Shown here piece after piece: positions 46,358-57,248 of a DNA stretch of 64,000 nucleotides. The notes beneath the pieces are model-generated. The model saw only the letters and a program-made list of their open reading frames with translations. It ran no database searches and was not told the origin of the DNA. Positions within the stretch are counted from its first letter, which is position 1. Every line of letters begins with the position of its first letter. The stretch comes from a virus: the IMG/VR virus record IMGVR_UViG_3300032093_000070, positions 1 to 64,000 of that record. One strand, 5' to 3'. The translations under genes were made by a program, and so were the position numbers.

Positions 46358-46900
46358 CTAGGACTGAGCGTAAGTTGCAAACTGAGCGTCGTTGACCAAC
46401 TCTTCAGGCATGAGCTGAGCACACTTGAGAACAATAATTGTACCGCGGTCAGTGACATAACCTTGGGTCTGTGTCTGGATCGGACGATACAACTGACCCT
46501 GCCAAGCCACTCGATACTTGTTAGCGAAGTTAATCTGTGGTCGGATAAAGCCGCGTTCATCAAAGAAAAGCTCAGGGCTAACTTCTTGTAGATCGTCAAT
46601 GTTTACAGTGAGCTTGAGGGAGTCGGATGAGTAGAAGCCTCGTTGGTTAGCTTGATTAACACCATGGGTGATAGATGCGCTAATAACTAGTAGTTCGTAA
46701 GGGCCGTCCCATACGCGACCACTGCCGATTGGCTCAACATCATAGATAGGATCTTTAGTTGAGGAAACATCGTTGTAGATCCACCACTCCGCAGAGGTAC
46801 CAAAAGGATTAGTTGCATCAACAGTTATGCCAGTGCCTACTTCGTCAAGTTCCCAGTCAGTAGAGAACCGACCACCCGGCTCAAAGGATCTTTGTGGCAT
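46358..46900 (-). CDS. probable head-closure/neck protein
   Basis: DPIYD, RGFY-x2-D-x-L, C-terminal EELVND-x-QF; position. Confidence 0.5.
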   Translation of the reverse strand: MPQRSFEPGGRFSTDWELDEVGTGITVDATNPFGTSAEWWIYNDVSSTKDPIYDVEPIGSGRVWDGPYELLVISASITHGVNQANQRGFYSSDSLKLTVNIDDLQEVSPELFFDERGFIRPQINFANKYRVAWQGQLYRPIQTQTQGYVTDRGTIIVLKCAQLMPEELVNDAQFATYAQS

Positions 46901-47946
46901 TAGCTCTCCTTGGCTTTGTAGAATACTAGGTTACGGCTTAACCGCTCGTCTGTGGGGTTGAGCTCCACTGCCTTCTGCCCGTATTCAATAGCCAATTCTG
47001 TAAGCCCTAAGTTATAAGCAGCAAGCGCCGCTAAGTCATAAACCTCATGCCCCCAAGCAAAGTCTTCAACGATGTAGTCAAGTCTTTTTTCTTTTATAAG
47101 AAGGGCGTTCTGCGCCCAGTCAAGGCACAGGCTCCAGTCTTTGTCATAGTAGTGCCGCGCCAATAGAACCATTGGCTCTCTGCTACCAGAGTATTCAGCA
47201 ATAGACTTTTCGCACCAGTAAGGTGCGTTCTCTGGTTCTACACGAGCAAGGTAATTCATAGCTGATGCTTTTTCAGGTGACCACCAAGCCATAGTTAAAT
47301 AGCGTTTAAATTCTTTTGCTGATTGACTATACAAACCGTGAAAGTAAAGTTCTCTTGCATAGTAAAACGACGCTCGTTCGCTATGCGGTTCTTCATGAAC
47401 AGCCATGGCTAATAAAGGCAAGTACTGTCCGCGAGACTTTGTGTGATCTGGTCTGTGATGGATTTCAAAATTCATTTTCATGCGTTTTTCTTCAATACCA
47501 TAGGGACTAGGTATTTCGTGGATCGGAAAACGCCAACGGTATCCAAAGCGAGTATGGATTCTAAAACCATCAAACTCTGTGCCAGGACTTCCATCTGGAA
47601 GCCATGATGTTATAAATCTGTATAGGGGTCTAGTAATCCCCTGCTCGTGCGCTCGCTCAAGTTCTTCACGCCAGCCGGGTTGTAGAACCTCGTCCATATC
47701 AAGAGCAATGCAGTAATCAATATCTGTAGGTAGCATGAAGAGTGCGGCATTGCGGGCGTCATCAAAACGCCATGGCTTAATAGTTACTTGGTGAACATTG
47801 ATCCCAAGCTCTAAAGCTTTCTCCACAGTACGGTCAGTTGACCCTGTGTCCATGATCATGAAGTAATCGGCGCCTTCGCCGGATCTAAACCAGCGTTCTA
47901 CGAATTGTTCTTCGTTAAGGGCGATTGTATAAATCGCTACCTTCAT
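46900..47946 (-). CDS. GT2-family glycosyltransferase with C-terminal TPRs
   Basis: IALNEE, DTGSTD, FDDARN, LDMDE, IHE; helical TPR-like C-terminus. Confidence 0.9.
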   Translation of the reverse strand: MKVAIYTIALNEEQFVERWFRSGEGADYFMIMDTGSTDRTVEKALELGINVHQVTIKPWRFDDARNAALFMLPTDIDYCIALDMDEVLQPGWREELERAHEQGITRPLYRFITSWLPDGSPGTEFDGFRIHTRFGYRWRFPIHEIPSPYGIEEKRMKMNFEIHHRPDHTKSRGQYLPLLAMAVHEEPHSERASFYYARELYFHGLYSQSAKEFKRYLTMAWWSPEKASAMNYLARVEPENAPYWCEKSIAEYSGSREPMVLLARHYYDKDWSLCLDWAQNALLIKEKRLDYIVEDFAWGHEVYDLAALAAYNLGLTELAIEYGQKAVELNPTDERLSRNLVFYKAKES

Positions 47947-48053
47947 TACTCAGAAAATACTAAGTCGTATCCGATTACTGCGCCAGAGTCGTCTGTTACT
48001 TCAAACTTCTCAGCACCAGTTTCTGGATCAATACCTAAACTTCTACGTGGCAT
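47946..48053 (-). CDS. 35 aa peptide (not in ORF track)
   Basis: GGGGAGG SD; TAATG overlaps at both ends. Confidence 0.55.
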   Translation of the reverse strand: MPRRSLGIDPETGAEKFEVTDDSGAVIGYDLVFSE

Positions 48054-49852
48054 TATTCGAACCTCCCCCACACTCCAACGATACTTGATGTAAAGGATGA
48101 AGCGGTAGTTGGAAGATCAGCTTGAGCAGATACCAAACCTGTCATTCTTGGAGAGAGCGCTCCCATTGCAGATGGGATTAGGTCAAACGCTGTATACAAG
48201 TTAGCTGGTGAGCTTCCTACCCAGATAACACCTAGGGCGTAGCGTTGACCCGCTAGTAGGGTATAGGTTGCTGGATACCCACCAGTGGTATCAAAGTTGC
48301 GAACATAAGCAGTGTTGGTGCTTGCAAATAGGCTGGTATCAGAGGCCGTTCTTGCTACTAATGTAGCAGTACTGCCGTCAAAGGTATACAAACCAAGTCG
48401 AGCAAGAGTAGTTCCAGTAGCCGCGGTAGCCGCGCTTACAACACGAATCTGATCAACCGTTACTTCATAACGAGGAGTAAAGAAAGTAAAGTAGACATTT
48501 CCTGTAGCCACAGATCCATTCCAGTTACCTTGACGAGGTGCGACATCTACTGCACTGAGGTCTTCGTTTCTAGATCCGGCAGAGGCTGAGGTTTCATCAA
48601 CCCAGATAAGTCCTGTAGAGGTAGAGGATTTAGCTTTGAGGACATAGGTGTCTGTTCCCACGGGAAGTCTAGTAATAGCATTAGATCCGGTCGCCACGAG
48701 TAGATCTCCCTTTGCTGTAGCAATATGGCTACCAAGCAAAGTGGTATCTGCAGCAGGAACTGTTACGGTTACATCCGCAACTGGATCTGTAAAGCTAAGA
48801 GTTGTTTCATAGGCGTCAGCGCTAGATCCCTCAACCGTAATACTGGAGTCAGACAGATAAAGACCAGAGACTGTAGGTGAGGTTAGGGTAAGACCTGCGA
48901 CAGTAGCGGCTGTTCCACCAAGAGCTACTGAGGTAGATCCAATAGTTACGCTGTCGTATTGAAGCTTAGCGTTAGTGACATTATCGTCTGCAATTTTAGT
49001 AGTAGTAACCGATCCATCTACTGGTGTACGCTCATTAGTTAAACGAGTGTCATTTCCTTTAACTACTTCGCTAGTTCCGGCATCTCCAGTAGCCGCGACA
49101 TTATGAGTGGATGCGGTACCAAGACCTGTTACTTGGGTGTTAGCGATGCTAATTAAAGACTGATTAATACCTACAGTTTGAGTAGGGCTATCGTATGTAA
49201 TTGGTGATGTAGCAGTAACAACACTGTTAGGGCCAGTTGGACCTGTCGCTCCAGTGGCTCCTGTTGGGCCTGTATCACCTGTAGGACCAGTAGGGCCAGT
49301 ATTACCTTGCGGACCAGTAGGGCCGGTAGCGCCAACAATTTGTCCTGCGCTATACCAAACAGATCCATCCCATATATAAAGATCGCCGTCTGCATCTACG
49401 ATATACGCATCGTTAATTGCAAGACCTACAGCAGGTAGTGCGCCTACTGTTGCAACGCTACCAATTAAATTAATACCAACACCTTGTGGACCAGTGGCTC
49501 CTGTAGCGCCAGTAGGGCCTGTAGGACCCACGCTTCCTGTTGCACCTGTCGCTCCAGTAGATCCAGTCGCACCAGTTTGAAGAGTTAAATTAAGAGTTTG
49601 ATTTGGAGCTGTACCTGTAATTGTTGCTGCGGCGGGTCCAGCTGATACCGTTCCAATTGTTAAAGAATTAGTAGGTCCTGTTGGTCCAGTTGTACCTGAT
49701 GAATAAGGAAGCGAGTTCCATGCTTGCGATCCATTACCAATTTTAAATTTGCCAGTATCGTATTCGTAACCAGCTTCACCTTGTGAAAGAATTGGGTTTG
49801 CAGATGTCCACTGCGCTGCAGTGCCTCGTCTAAATTGAACTTTAACTGCCAT
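48053..49852 (-). CDS. tail fibre protein with collagen-like repeats
   Basis: [17 protein letters not shown]-x2[15 protein letters not shown] fibre N-domain; G-P-T/G-A-T repeats. Confidence 0.85.
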   Translation of the reverse strand: MAVKVQFRRGTAAQWTSANPILSQGEAGYEYDTGKFKIGNGSQAWNSLPYSSGTTGPTGPTNSLTIGTVSAGPAAATITGTAPNQTLNLTLQTGATGSTGATGATGSVGPTGPTGATGATGPQGVGINLIGSVATVGALPAVGLAINDAYIVDADGDLYIWDGSVWYSAGQIVGATGPTGPQGNTGPTGPTGDTGPTGATGATGPTGPNSVVTATSPITYDSPTQTVGINQSLISIANTQVTGLGTASTHNVAATGDAGTSEVVKGNDTRLTNERTPVDGSVTTTKIADDNVTNAKLQYDSVTIGSTSVALGGTAATVAGLTLTSPTVSGLYLSDSSITVEGSSADAYETTLSFTDPVADVTVTVPAADTTLLGSHIATAKGDLLVATGSNAITRLPVGTDTYVLKAKSSTSTGLIWVDETSASAGSRNEDLSAVDVAPRQGNWNGSVATGNVYFTFFTPRYEVTVDQIRVVSAATAATGTTLARLGLYTFDGSTATLVARTASDTSLFASTNTAYVRNFDTTGGYPATYTLLAGQRYALGVIWVGSSPANLYTAFDLIPSAMGALSPRMTGLVSAQADLPTTASSFTSSIVGVWGRFE

Positions 49853-50193
49853 CAGGGTCCTCCGCAATCAACGGGGTCAACGCCACCATAGATCGATGTG
49901 GGATCTCCACAATCGACATTTTGAAAAATAGGACCTTGTGGTCCTGTTGCACCTGTAGGACCAGTTGCTCCTGCACCAGTTGGTCCAGTTGGTCCAGTAG
50001 GTCCAGTAGGTCCCGGTACAGTAGAAGGTTCAGTTGATACAGGTCCTGTTGGTCCTGTAGCTCCAGTTGGTCCAGTAGGTCCAACTAAAGATATTACTAC
50101 AGTTCGCCAAACATTTCCGTCCCATTCCCATGCTTGACCACCATAAGTATATTGTTGACCTATGGAAGGGGATGAGGGAAAATCTGCCGGCAT
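49852..50193 (-). CDS. short collagen-like protein
   Basis: DFPSSP-x2-GQ-x-Y...WEWDG-x2-W then GPT repeats. Confidence 0.8.
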   Translation of the reverse strand: MPADFPSSPSIGQQYTYGGQAWEWDGNVWRTVVISLVGPTGPTGATGPTGPVSTEPSTVPGPTGPTGPTGPTGAGATGPTGATGPQGPIFQNVDCGDPTSIYGGVDPVDCGGP

Positions 50194-50202
50194 GTTTTAA
50201 TT

Positions 50203-50583
50203 CTACTGGTAAAGCCACATATCTTCGGGCTCTACCCAATGCTCTTGCAGAACAAAGTGCATCCCTAATTCTTTCATTCTTTCTTGGACTTGCCGCTGTG
50301 CGCCAGCCCCATAGTATGTTTCTAGCCCTTTTCCTTTTAGTTCATTTTCCCAGCCTGTACGAACCATATAAAATTCAGCGTAAGGACTCCAAGCTGCGTA
50401 TACCCCCCAACCTCCACTGTACTCAGCAACCACTTCCCATATGTCTACATCTTCAATTTGTAGCTCTCTTGCGTAGTCCCAATCTCTTTTAGGGGGAAGG
50501 ATGACCTTGTCACTATCCATCCAATTAGGATCAAAGTACTCGCCAAAGTCCTTAAATATATTGTGGGTGGTTTTAAATCTCAT
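50203..50583 (-). CDS. hypothetical Trp/acidic protein
   Basis: 126 aa; divergent from the oxygenase cassette. Confidence 0.75.
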   Translation of the reverse strand: MRFKTTHNIFKDFGEYFDPNWMDSDKVILPPKRDWDYARELQIEDVDIWEVVAEYSGGWGVYAAWSPYAEFYMVRTGWENELKGKGLETYYGAGAQRQVQERMKELGMHFVLQEHWVEPEDMWLYQ

Positions 50584-50630
50584 AGCAAAGTAGTATACTC
50601 ACTGTACTTACAGAAAGGTCATTAAAACTG

Positions 50631-51260
50631 ATGGCTACTCAAATACACGGTCTATTTCCTGGAGAACTATTGCCCTCTACCACCGTGGCAGGTTGCGTTG
50701 ATATATTTGAAAATGCTTGGCCTAACCCAAAAGAGACCATAGAAATGGTTGAGGGTGAATGTGCCAAAATTGGTTCTGGCATGGCTTGGTCAAGAGCAAC
50801 AACAATGGGTCAAGGCATTCATCAAAATATTAGAACTAATTATCATTTAGGAATAACTGAAGCGGGATCAACTTACGACAACCCTGTTGCTCACACAGTA
50901 CATAATCAAATGTATGTCCTTTTGCTATCTACAACTCTTCCTTATTCAAGGAAACATGATATTGAATACATGCAACATGAGCCGTACAACATGTTGAAGT
51001 ACAGCGGAGGTCAAGAGTATAAAGCTCATGCGGACGGGACTACTGAAACTGGAAGAGCAATTTCTGCAATCGTTTATTTAAACGATGAATTTGAAGGTGG
51101 CGAAGTAGAGTTTGTAAACTTTGGCGTTAAAATAAAACCAGAGCCGGGAATGCTGTTACTGTTTCCTTCTACTTATCCTTACACCCATATAGCTCATCCA
51201 GTAACTTCTGGAACTAAATACGCTTTAGTAACTTGGATTCACGATAGGGCAATTAAATGA
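50631..51260 (+). CDS. 2OG-Fe(II) oxygenase, prolyl-4-hydroxylase-like
   Basis: HAD, VYLNDEFEGGE, FPS-x4-H-x3-PVTSG-x-KY. Confidence 0.9.
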   Translation: MATQIHGLFPGELLPSTTVAGCVDIFENAWPNPKETIEMVEGECAKIGSGMAWSRATTMGQGIHQNIRTNYHLGITEAGSTYDNPVAHTVHNQMYVLLLSTTLPYSRKHDIEYMQHEPYNMLKYSGGQEYKAHADGTTETGRAISAIVYLNDEFEGGEVEFVNFGVKIKPEPGMLLLFPSTYPYTHIAHPVTSGTKYALVTWIHDRAIK

Positions 51261-51880
51261 ACGAAGATTTTAAAACTAAAAAGTACTGTGTTGTTGAGTC
51301 TGGTCTTTCTAAAGACATTATAAATTTGGTTACTCAATACGCCCTTTTTGATGAAATGCAGAATTACAGCCCAGAGACAAGTGAACAACAGGTTCCGGGC
51401 GCTCACAGTTGTTATGCCGATCCTTTGATGGAGTCTCTCTTGCTTCATTTGCAACCAGAGATTGAAAAACATACTGGGCTATCTCTATACCCTACTTACT
51501 CTTACTACCGCGTCTATCACCCAGGAGACGAATTAAAACACCATGTTGACAGGCCTTCATGCGAAATATCTTTAACGATATCTTTTGAGTTTGATTTTAA
51601 AGGGGAGCTAAAAGCTTGGCCTATATACATAGATGGTACCCCTGTCGAACTAATGCCTGGTCAAATGGCTATTTATCGAGGAATTGATTTAGATCACTGG
51701 AGAGAAAAGTTAGAGGCCCCAGAGGGATCCTGGCATGTACAAGCTTTCCTTCATTATGTAGATGTAAACGGGCCGCATGCCGAGTATAAGTGGGATAAGA
51801 GAAACTCAATAGGAGTAGCAAAACCAAATGTAATTTCAAACGCTACACCTAAAAAGAGTTATATTACTTATACAAAATGA
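51257..51880 (+). CDS. 2OG-Fe(II) oxygenase
   Basis: PTYSY-x-RVY, HVDRPSCEIS, HWRE, QAFLHYV. Confidence 0.85.
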   Translation: MNEDFKTKKYCVVESGLSKDIINLVTQYALFDEMQNYSPETSEQQVPGAHSCYADPLMESLLLHLQPEIEKHTGLSLYPTYSYYRVYHPGDELKHHVDRPSCEISLTISFEFDFKGELKAWPIYIDGTPVELMPGQMAIYRGIDLDHWREKLEAPEGSWHVQAFLHYVDVNGPHAEYKWDKRNSIGVAKPNVISNATPKKSYITYTK

Positions 51881-53511
51881 TTGTTGTAGGAGTAAGCAGA
51901 TTCCACAACTCCTCTGTTTGTTTAATAAAAGATGGGGAAATACTTTTCCACATAGACAACGAACGCCTATCTAATATTAAATACGACAGGTATCCTTTTT
52001 TAGCCTTGTCTAAAATAAAAGAGTATGTTGACCATGTTGATGTTGTAGCGATCGCCGGTCTTGGTCCAACTGTACCCGGGGAATACTTTGAAAGCACAGA
52101 TGTCTACACTACTTTTATTCGTGGGCTTGGTAAAACTTTCTTTAACTCAGACATAAAAATTTATAACTTTAGTATGGAGCACCATTTGACTCATGCTGCA
52201 TCTGCGTTTTATTCCTCTGGGTTTTCTAATGCTCTCTGTATAGTAAAAGATGGGATGGGATCTGAGGTCTATTTAAATGATTCAATGTTTCTTGAAGGCA
52301 CCTTTGGGAGAGAAACAATGTCTGTGTTTAAGGCGTCTTATCCAAGCAAGTTTAGTCGTTTACATCAAGAGGTTCTTGTTAACTTTAAAACCGATCCTAT
52401 CTACCTAAAAGAAGGTGTTTCTGTTACAAATAATTTTGGAGAGGCGCTTGCGTTTGAAGATACATCAAAGGCTTTTGGTTTTCACGGCCTTGATGCAGGT
52501 AAAGTAATGGGCATGTCGTCTTACGGTAAATCAAATAAAAACATTCCACCCATATATGTAGACGGAAGAATAAACACTAATATTTTTTATGTGGGTAGCT
52601 CTTTATTGGATCGAGAGTTGAGGTACAACAAGTTTAACGATTTTCAAGATAAAGCTGATTTTGCCTATTCCTTACAAAAAGCAACGCAAACACATGTAAA
52701 AGATCAAATTATTAAATGGCATGAAAGCACAGGAGTAAAAGATATTTGTTTATCTGGCGGGTTCTTTTTAAACTGTGTTGCTAATTACGAATATCTTAAA
52801 GACCTCCCAAAAGGTGTACGACTTTATATAGAACCTATATCAAGTGACTCTGGAACAGCTATGGGTGCCGCAAAATTAGCGTGGCACATGGAAACAAAAG
52901 ATATGTCTATCAGAGAACAAAAATCCGTATATTACGGTCCAATGCCTGTTATTGATAGTAATAAATATGTAAAAAACACATCTAGTTCTGAGGTGGCAAA
53001 CAAACTTGTAAAAGGAAAAATTATTGCCATATATCAAGGTAGATCAGAAGCTGGACCTAGGGCCTTAGGCAATAGAAGTATTTTATTTGACCCTAGAGTT
53101 AGAGATGGAAAAGACATTGTAAACAGGGTTAAAAAGAGAGAATGGTTTAGACCCTTCGCGGGTACGGTTCTTCTTGATTATGCCCACGAGTGGTTTGATC
53201 TTAGGGGTCTTGAGGAAAGTCCCTTTATGATGTATGCCGTTGATGTTTTAGAAGATAAGAAAGACAAAATTCCAGCCATTGTTCATGTAGACGGAACATG
53301 TCGAATTCAAACAGTTACCAGAGAGCAGAACCCGCATTACTACGATTTAATAAATGAGTTCTATAAACTTACTGGCGTCCCAATACTATTTAACACTTCG
53401 TTTAACTTAGCTGGAGATTGCATTGTAGAGACCTTAGACGATGCGATCTCTACAGTGCAGGAAAGTGATATTGACTTTCTTTATCTTCCAGAACTACAAG
53501 TATTACTTTAA
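51877..53511 (+). CDS. O-carbamoyltransferase (NodU/CmcH/TobZ family)
   Basis: HHLTHAASAF, GKVMG-x-SSYG, GG-x2-LNCVAN, GPRALGNRS, KREWFRPFA, HVDGTCR, NTSFN. Confidence 0.93.
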   Translation: MIVVGVSRFHNSSVCLIKDGEILFHIDNERLSNIKYDRYPFLALSKIKEYVDHVDVVAIAGLGPTVPGEYFESTDVYTTFIRGLGKTFFNSDIKIYNFSMEHHLTHAASAFYSSGFSNALCIVKDGMGSEVYLNDSMFLEGTFGRETMSVFKASYPSKFSRLHQEVLVNFKTDPIYLKEGVSVTNNFGEALAFEDTSKAFGFHGLDAGKVMGMSSYGKSNKNIPPIYVDGRINTNIFYVGSSLLDRELRYNKFNDFQDKADFAYSLQKATQTHVKDQIIKWHESTGVKDICLSGGFFLNCVANYEYLKDLPKGVRLYIEPISSDSGTAMGAAKLAWHMETKDMSIREQKSVYYGPMPVIDSNKYVKNTSSSEVANKLVKGKIIAIYQGRSEAGPRALGNRSILFDPRVRDGKDIVNRVKKREWFRPFAGTVLLDYAHEWFDLRGLEESPFMMYAVDVLEDKKDKIPAIVHVDGTCRIQTVTREQNPHYYDLINEFYKLTGVPILFNTSFNLAGDCIVETLDDAISTVQESDIDFLYLPELQVLL

Positions 53512-54476
53512 GAATTAACTGGGTAGCGGATAATCACAACGCCGTGACCACCAGCTCCGCCTTCTCCACCAGGAGTTGGAGGAGGAGATGCTCCAGCACC
53601 GCCTCCGCCTCCGCCACCAAGACCGTTTGTTCCAGCGTATCCAGTACTTGGACCAGAACTGTTTAACCAACCACCGGCTCCGCCACCGCCAGGTCCGCCA
53701 GCTCCGCCAGCAACTCCCGGTGCGGGACCTCCGCCTCCGCCTCCGCCGCCTCCGGCGTAAGTAATAGAAGAACCTGAAATAGAAAATGCTAAACCGCTTC
53801 CGCCAACAGTTACACGGCCTTGACCTCCAGGGTTACCAGCGCTTCCAGCACCACCACCACTAGATCCACTATAAATTGGCGAGTTAATGCAGTCGCCACC
53901 TTTAAATCCATAACCAATTCCGCCACCACTAGGTCCCTGTGTTGCAGATCCTCCGGGTGCGTTTGGTTGTGATCCACCACCACCGCCACCACCGCCGGAT
54001 CCGCCTGGACCTCCAAAGCTTCCTGGACCTCCAGGTCCGCATCCGCCGTAGCCACCACCGATAGCAGTGATTCCATTGAATACTGAGTTGCCACCTTGGT
54101 TTCCTGGTGACTGAGAGTTTCCTGCGGTAAATGTAGCTCCCGCTCCAACTGTTACAGATAAAGCACCAGATGTTACTGGGCTTGCAGAGTGATAAACAAG
54201 ACCACCTGCTCCAGCACCACCGCCACCATCTGAACCACCGGTGTTTGCGCCAGAGTTTCTAGATCCACCAGATCCACCGCCAGCAAGCACTAATACTTCA
54301 ACATTTCCAGAAGCAGTGGCAGTAAAAGTTTGAGCACCACCTGTATAGTTAAAAGTATGAATGCGGTAACCACCAGCAGTTGTAATGGTTCCGCCAGTAG
54401 AGTCGCTTAATCTGGCAGTTGGTCTAAACCGTCCCTGTGGTCCGAACGAAGATCGAACAGATGCTATAAAAGGCAT
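53508..54476 (-). CDS. glycine-rich fibre-associated protein (copy 2)
   Basis: TGGTITTAGGYRIHTF, poly-Gly, GVVIIRYP. Confidence 0.85.
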   Translation of the reverse strand: MPFIASVRSSFGPQGRFRPTARLSDSTGGTITTAGGYRIHTFNYTGGAQTFTATASGNVEVLVLAGGGSGGSRNSGANTGGSDGGGGAGAGGLVYHSASPVTSGALSVTVGAGATFTAGNSQSPGNQGGNSVFNGITAIGGGYGGCGPGGPGSFGGPGGSGGGGGGGGSQPNAPGGSATQGPSGGGIGYGFKGGDCINSPIYSGSSGGGAGSAGNPGGQGRVTVGGSGLAFSISGSSITYAGGGGGGGGGPAPGVAGGAGGPGGGGAGGWLNSSGPSTGYAGTNGLGGGGGGGAGASPPPTPGGEGGAGGHGVVIIRYPVNS

Positions 54477-54485
54477 TTAAGCTCC

Positions 54486-56960
54486 TTAGAAGTTTAGAGA
54501 CGCTGCGCCGTAGACGATCCAAGAACCACCTGAAGTGCGTTGCATTGTAAAGTTGAAGATATCAATCTTATTAGCAGATGAGGTTGGAGTTGGAGCAGCA
54601 CTACCTAACCAACGAATAGTTTGAGAAGCTCCTGCAATTTGGAAAGTTGTTGGAATGTATCCGGTAGAACCTTGTGTAACTATGACGTTAATTGTCATAA
54701 TTTTAGATCCTTCTGTAGGAACATTTGTTACGTTAAAGGTCATTGCGCCAGAAGGAGCGGTAGCGATATAGAAAATGTTTCCAGCAGTCCAATCAAGGGT
54801 TCCCACATTGGAAGCTAGGGTTACATCAACTACCTGCTCACGAAGTTCTTGAACGTCTGTAGTACCAGAGAAGGACGCTCCACCAGTAAATGTAAGAGAT
54901 CCGGAAGAAGAAACTCCACCGTTGGCTGTAAGTAACCCAGTAACTCCAAGGGTACCCGCAACTGCGGCGTTTCCAGTTGTTGCGTTAACAGTGAACTTAT
55001 TAGTTGCGACGGCAAAGTTTCCTGTTACATCTCCAGTACCGCCAACTGCAAGAGTTCCCGTAGCTTCGATGTTCTTTGCCTTAAAGTCCGCAAATACTAA
55101 ACCACCTTCAGAGAAGTTAACTGTAGATGTAGGTTTTGTTGTTGCGTCCGCAAATATTTTAATAATTCCATCTGAAGCGTCACGAACAATTCCTGAGAAC
55201 TTGCGTCGAGCAGATACAGATGCGGATCCTGTTGGACTTACGGCTGTTGAAGACACATTTGATGCAGTCTTAGCGTAGGTAAATGTAGTTGAAGTAGGCA
55301 CGGTAGTAATTTGATATGTGCCGTTAAATGTGGCGTCTACGCCTGTTACTGTAACCCAATCACCAACTAGATAGTTGTGGTTTGCTGCTGTGGTTAGGGT
55401 AGCCACATTTGAAGTAAGAGCCTTGTTATTAACAACCGCAGTAATAGCTGATACGGTTACAGCGTACTCCCCAATTAATCCAAGATCAAGAGTGTCTGCG
55501 TTGTTAGCGTTACCAACAAATACAAGTGGGTCAGAAACCGCTAGGTTAGATGTAGTAGTAGATCCACCACCAAATGAAAGGTTACCTACGATTGCCACAT
55601 CACCAGCAATATTCATATCGCCTTGGATACCCACGCCACCAACAACTGTTAGAGCACCTGTTGTAGGAGAGGTAGATTCCGTTGGAATTTCAATATGAAC
55701 ATTTACATCTGGAGTAATTTCCATCTGTGTGTTGTCAGATCCCAAACCTCCAGCGGCAAAAACAATCTTGTTTTCTGCGCCAGTATCGCCTGTAGCAAGA
55801 ACAAGGTTTCCGTTTCCAGATGATCCGACAGGGGCGGTTACGAAAATGTAACCGTCGTTAGGACCTGTGATGGTGAACTCTGGATCGCTAAAGGTAGAAC
55901 TTGTGATACCTAAATCAATATAACCAGCAAAGTCAGTTCCGTTATCTGGGTAAGCAATGAAGTCGGAAGACGCATTAGGATCAGTGCTGGTGTTTTGCAT
56001 GATGACCTGTGAGTAGTCATCTCCATCAATAGTAAAGAAAGCTACTGGGTTAGTAAAGCCTGTTACCGCAGATACAGTACCGCCTGATGCAACAGAGGTT
56101 ACATTTGATGCGGTTACGGCATAGGTAAATGTAGTAGTGGTCGGGGTATCAATAATTTCATGAGTACCGTTAAAAGTTGCATCTACCCCAGCTACAGTTA
56201 CAAATTGGAAAGGAGAGTAGCCATGAGCTGCGCTTGTTGTAAGTGTTGCTACGTTAGACGTTAAAGCTTTGTTGGTAACAGTCTTAACATTTGTTCCGTT
56301 AGCGTCTGCCGTAGTTTTGGCATCTGCACCTACATAAAGAGCGCCGGATGTGTTTGATACTTCGGTATCCCCATCAACGGTTAATCCTGCCAGAGTTGGT
56401 GTCCCTGTCCAAGATGCTGATGTTCCATCAGTAGTTAAAACTTTTCCAGCGTTACCTGCTTGATTTGGATATGTTCCGTCTACTAACTTATCCCAAAACG
56501 CAGTATCTGTTGGGGCATTACCAGAGCTAGTGTTAGCTGTAAGGATGTAAGCAGATCCGCCGTAAGAAACTACATCACTCTTTTGATAAGTTGCAACACC
56601 TGAATAAGCTCCTTCGTACTGAATTCCATCAGAGATAAGAGTAAAGAAGCTGGTATTAGTTGGTGCTGTTCCCGGAGAAGCGTCTGCGGTGCAAAGGTAT
56701 AACTTTCCACCTTGAGAGATTACTTCGCCAACTTTGTATCCAGTGCTACCAGAGTACGCACCAACATATTTAAGACCAGATAAAATTAAATTCCAGTAAG
56801 TTGTATTAGTTGGAGCATACCCGCTTGCTGTTGTTGCAAACTTGTAGTGGTACAGGTTTCCACCGTAGCTGACTACATCGTTAAACTCGTAACTGGTTGC
56901 GCCGCTATAAACGCCTGTATAGGTAAAGCGCAGCTTTCCTAGATCAATGATTTGGGACAT
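54486..56960 (-). CDS. tail fibre protein (copy 2)
   Basis: LGKLRFTY-x-G-x-Y repeats; two NKALTSNVATLTT domains. Confidence 0.85.
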   Translation of the reverse strand: MSQIIDLGKLRFTYTGVYSGATSYEFNDVVSYGGNLYHYKFATTASGYAPTNTTYWNLILSGLKYVGAYSGSTGYKVGEVISQGGKLYLCTADASPGTAPTNTSFFTLISDGIQYEGAYSGVATYQKSDVVSYGGSAYILTANTSSGNAPTDTAFWDKLVDGTYPNQAGNAGKVLTTDGTSASWTGTPTLAGLTVDGDTEVSNTSGALYVGADAKTTADANGTNVKTVTNKALTSNVATLTTSAAHGYSPFQFVTVAGVDATFNGTHEIIDTPTTTTFTYAVTASNVTSVASGGTVSAVTGFTNPVAFFTIDGDDYSQVIMQNTSTDPNASSDFIAYPDNGTDFAGYIDLGITSSTFSDPEFTITGPNDGYIFVTAPVGSSGNGNLVLATGDTGAENKIVFAAGGLGSDNTQMEITPDVNVHIEIPTESTSPTTGALTVVGGVGIQGDMNIAGDVAIVGNLSFGGGSTTTSNLAVSDPLVFVGNANNADTLDLGLIGEYAVTVSAITAVVNNKALTSNVATLTTAANHNYLVGDWVTVTGVDATFNGTYQITTVPTSTTFTYAKTASNVSSTAVSPTGSASVSARRKFSGIVRDASDGIIKIFADATTKPTSTVNFSEGGLVFADFKAKNIEATGTLAVGGTGDVTGNFAVATNKFTVNATTGNAAVAGTLGVTGLLTANGGVSSSGSLTFTGGASFSGTTDVQELREQVVDVTLASNVGTLDWTAGNIFYIATAPSGAMTFNVTNVPTEGSKIMTINVIVTQGSTGYIPTTFQIAGASQTIRWLGSAAPTPTSSANKIDIFNFTMQRTSGGSWIVYGAASLNF

Positions 56961-56961
56961 A

Positions 56962-57240
56962 CTACTTTACCTCCATGAGAAGTCGATCTCCGCTCCAAGA
57001 AAAACCAAGATTGTATTCATTCCAAAGCCAGTGCTTGTAAGCCTCTGGATCGGCTTCTGCACCATCATCTGGAAGATCAATATCATCACCGCTATTAGGA
57101 GTTACCTGCTCAACAGTAACCCTGCTAGTTGTGTGATCCATTTTAAAACCGTAAAAGGTATTAACCGCAGCAAGATTAATTGCAGGAGCAGTGTCCTGTG
57201 TAACATTTGTTACAGGACGTGTATAAGCATACCCTGGCAC
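56962..57240 (-). CDS. small fibre-module protein (copy 2)
   Basis: FYGFK-x-D...FSW...LMEV; paralog of 61065-61334. Confidence 0.75.
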   Translation of the reverse strand: MPGYAYTRPVTNVTQDTAPAINLAAVNTFYGFKMDHTTSRVTVEQVTPNSGDDIDLPDDGAEADPEAYKHWLWNEYNLGFSWSGDRLLMEVK

Positions 57241-57248
57241 TTAGTCTC

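Noticed and set aside
45110-46395. Several Phe/Leu-rich + strand ORFs that look like membrane proteins
   Set aside because: Antisense of Lys codons in the micro-protein array; no SD and no coupling
48053-49852. Diversity-generating retroelement suggested by the Mtd-like fibre N-terminus
   Set aside because: No reverse transcriptase and no TR/VR pair with adenine-specific mismatches seen in the window
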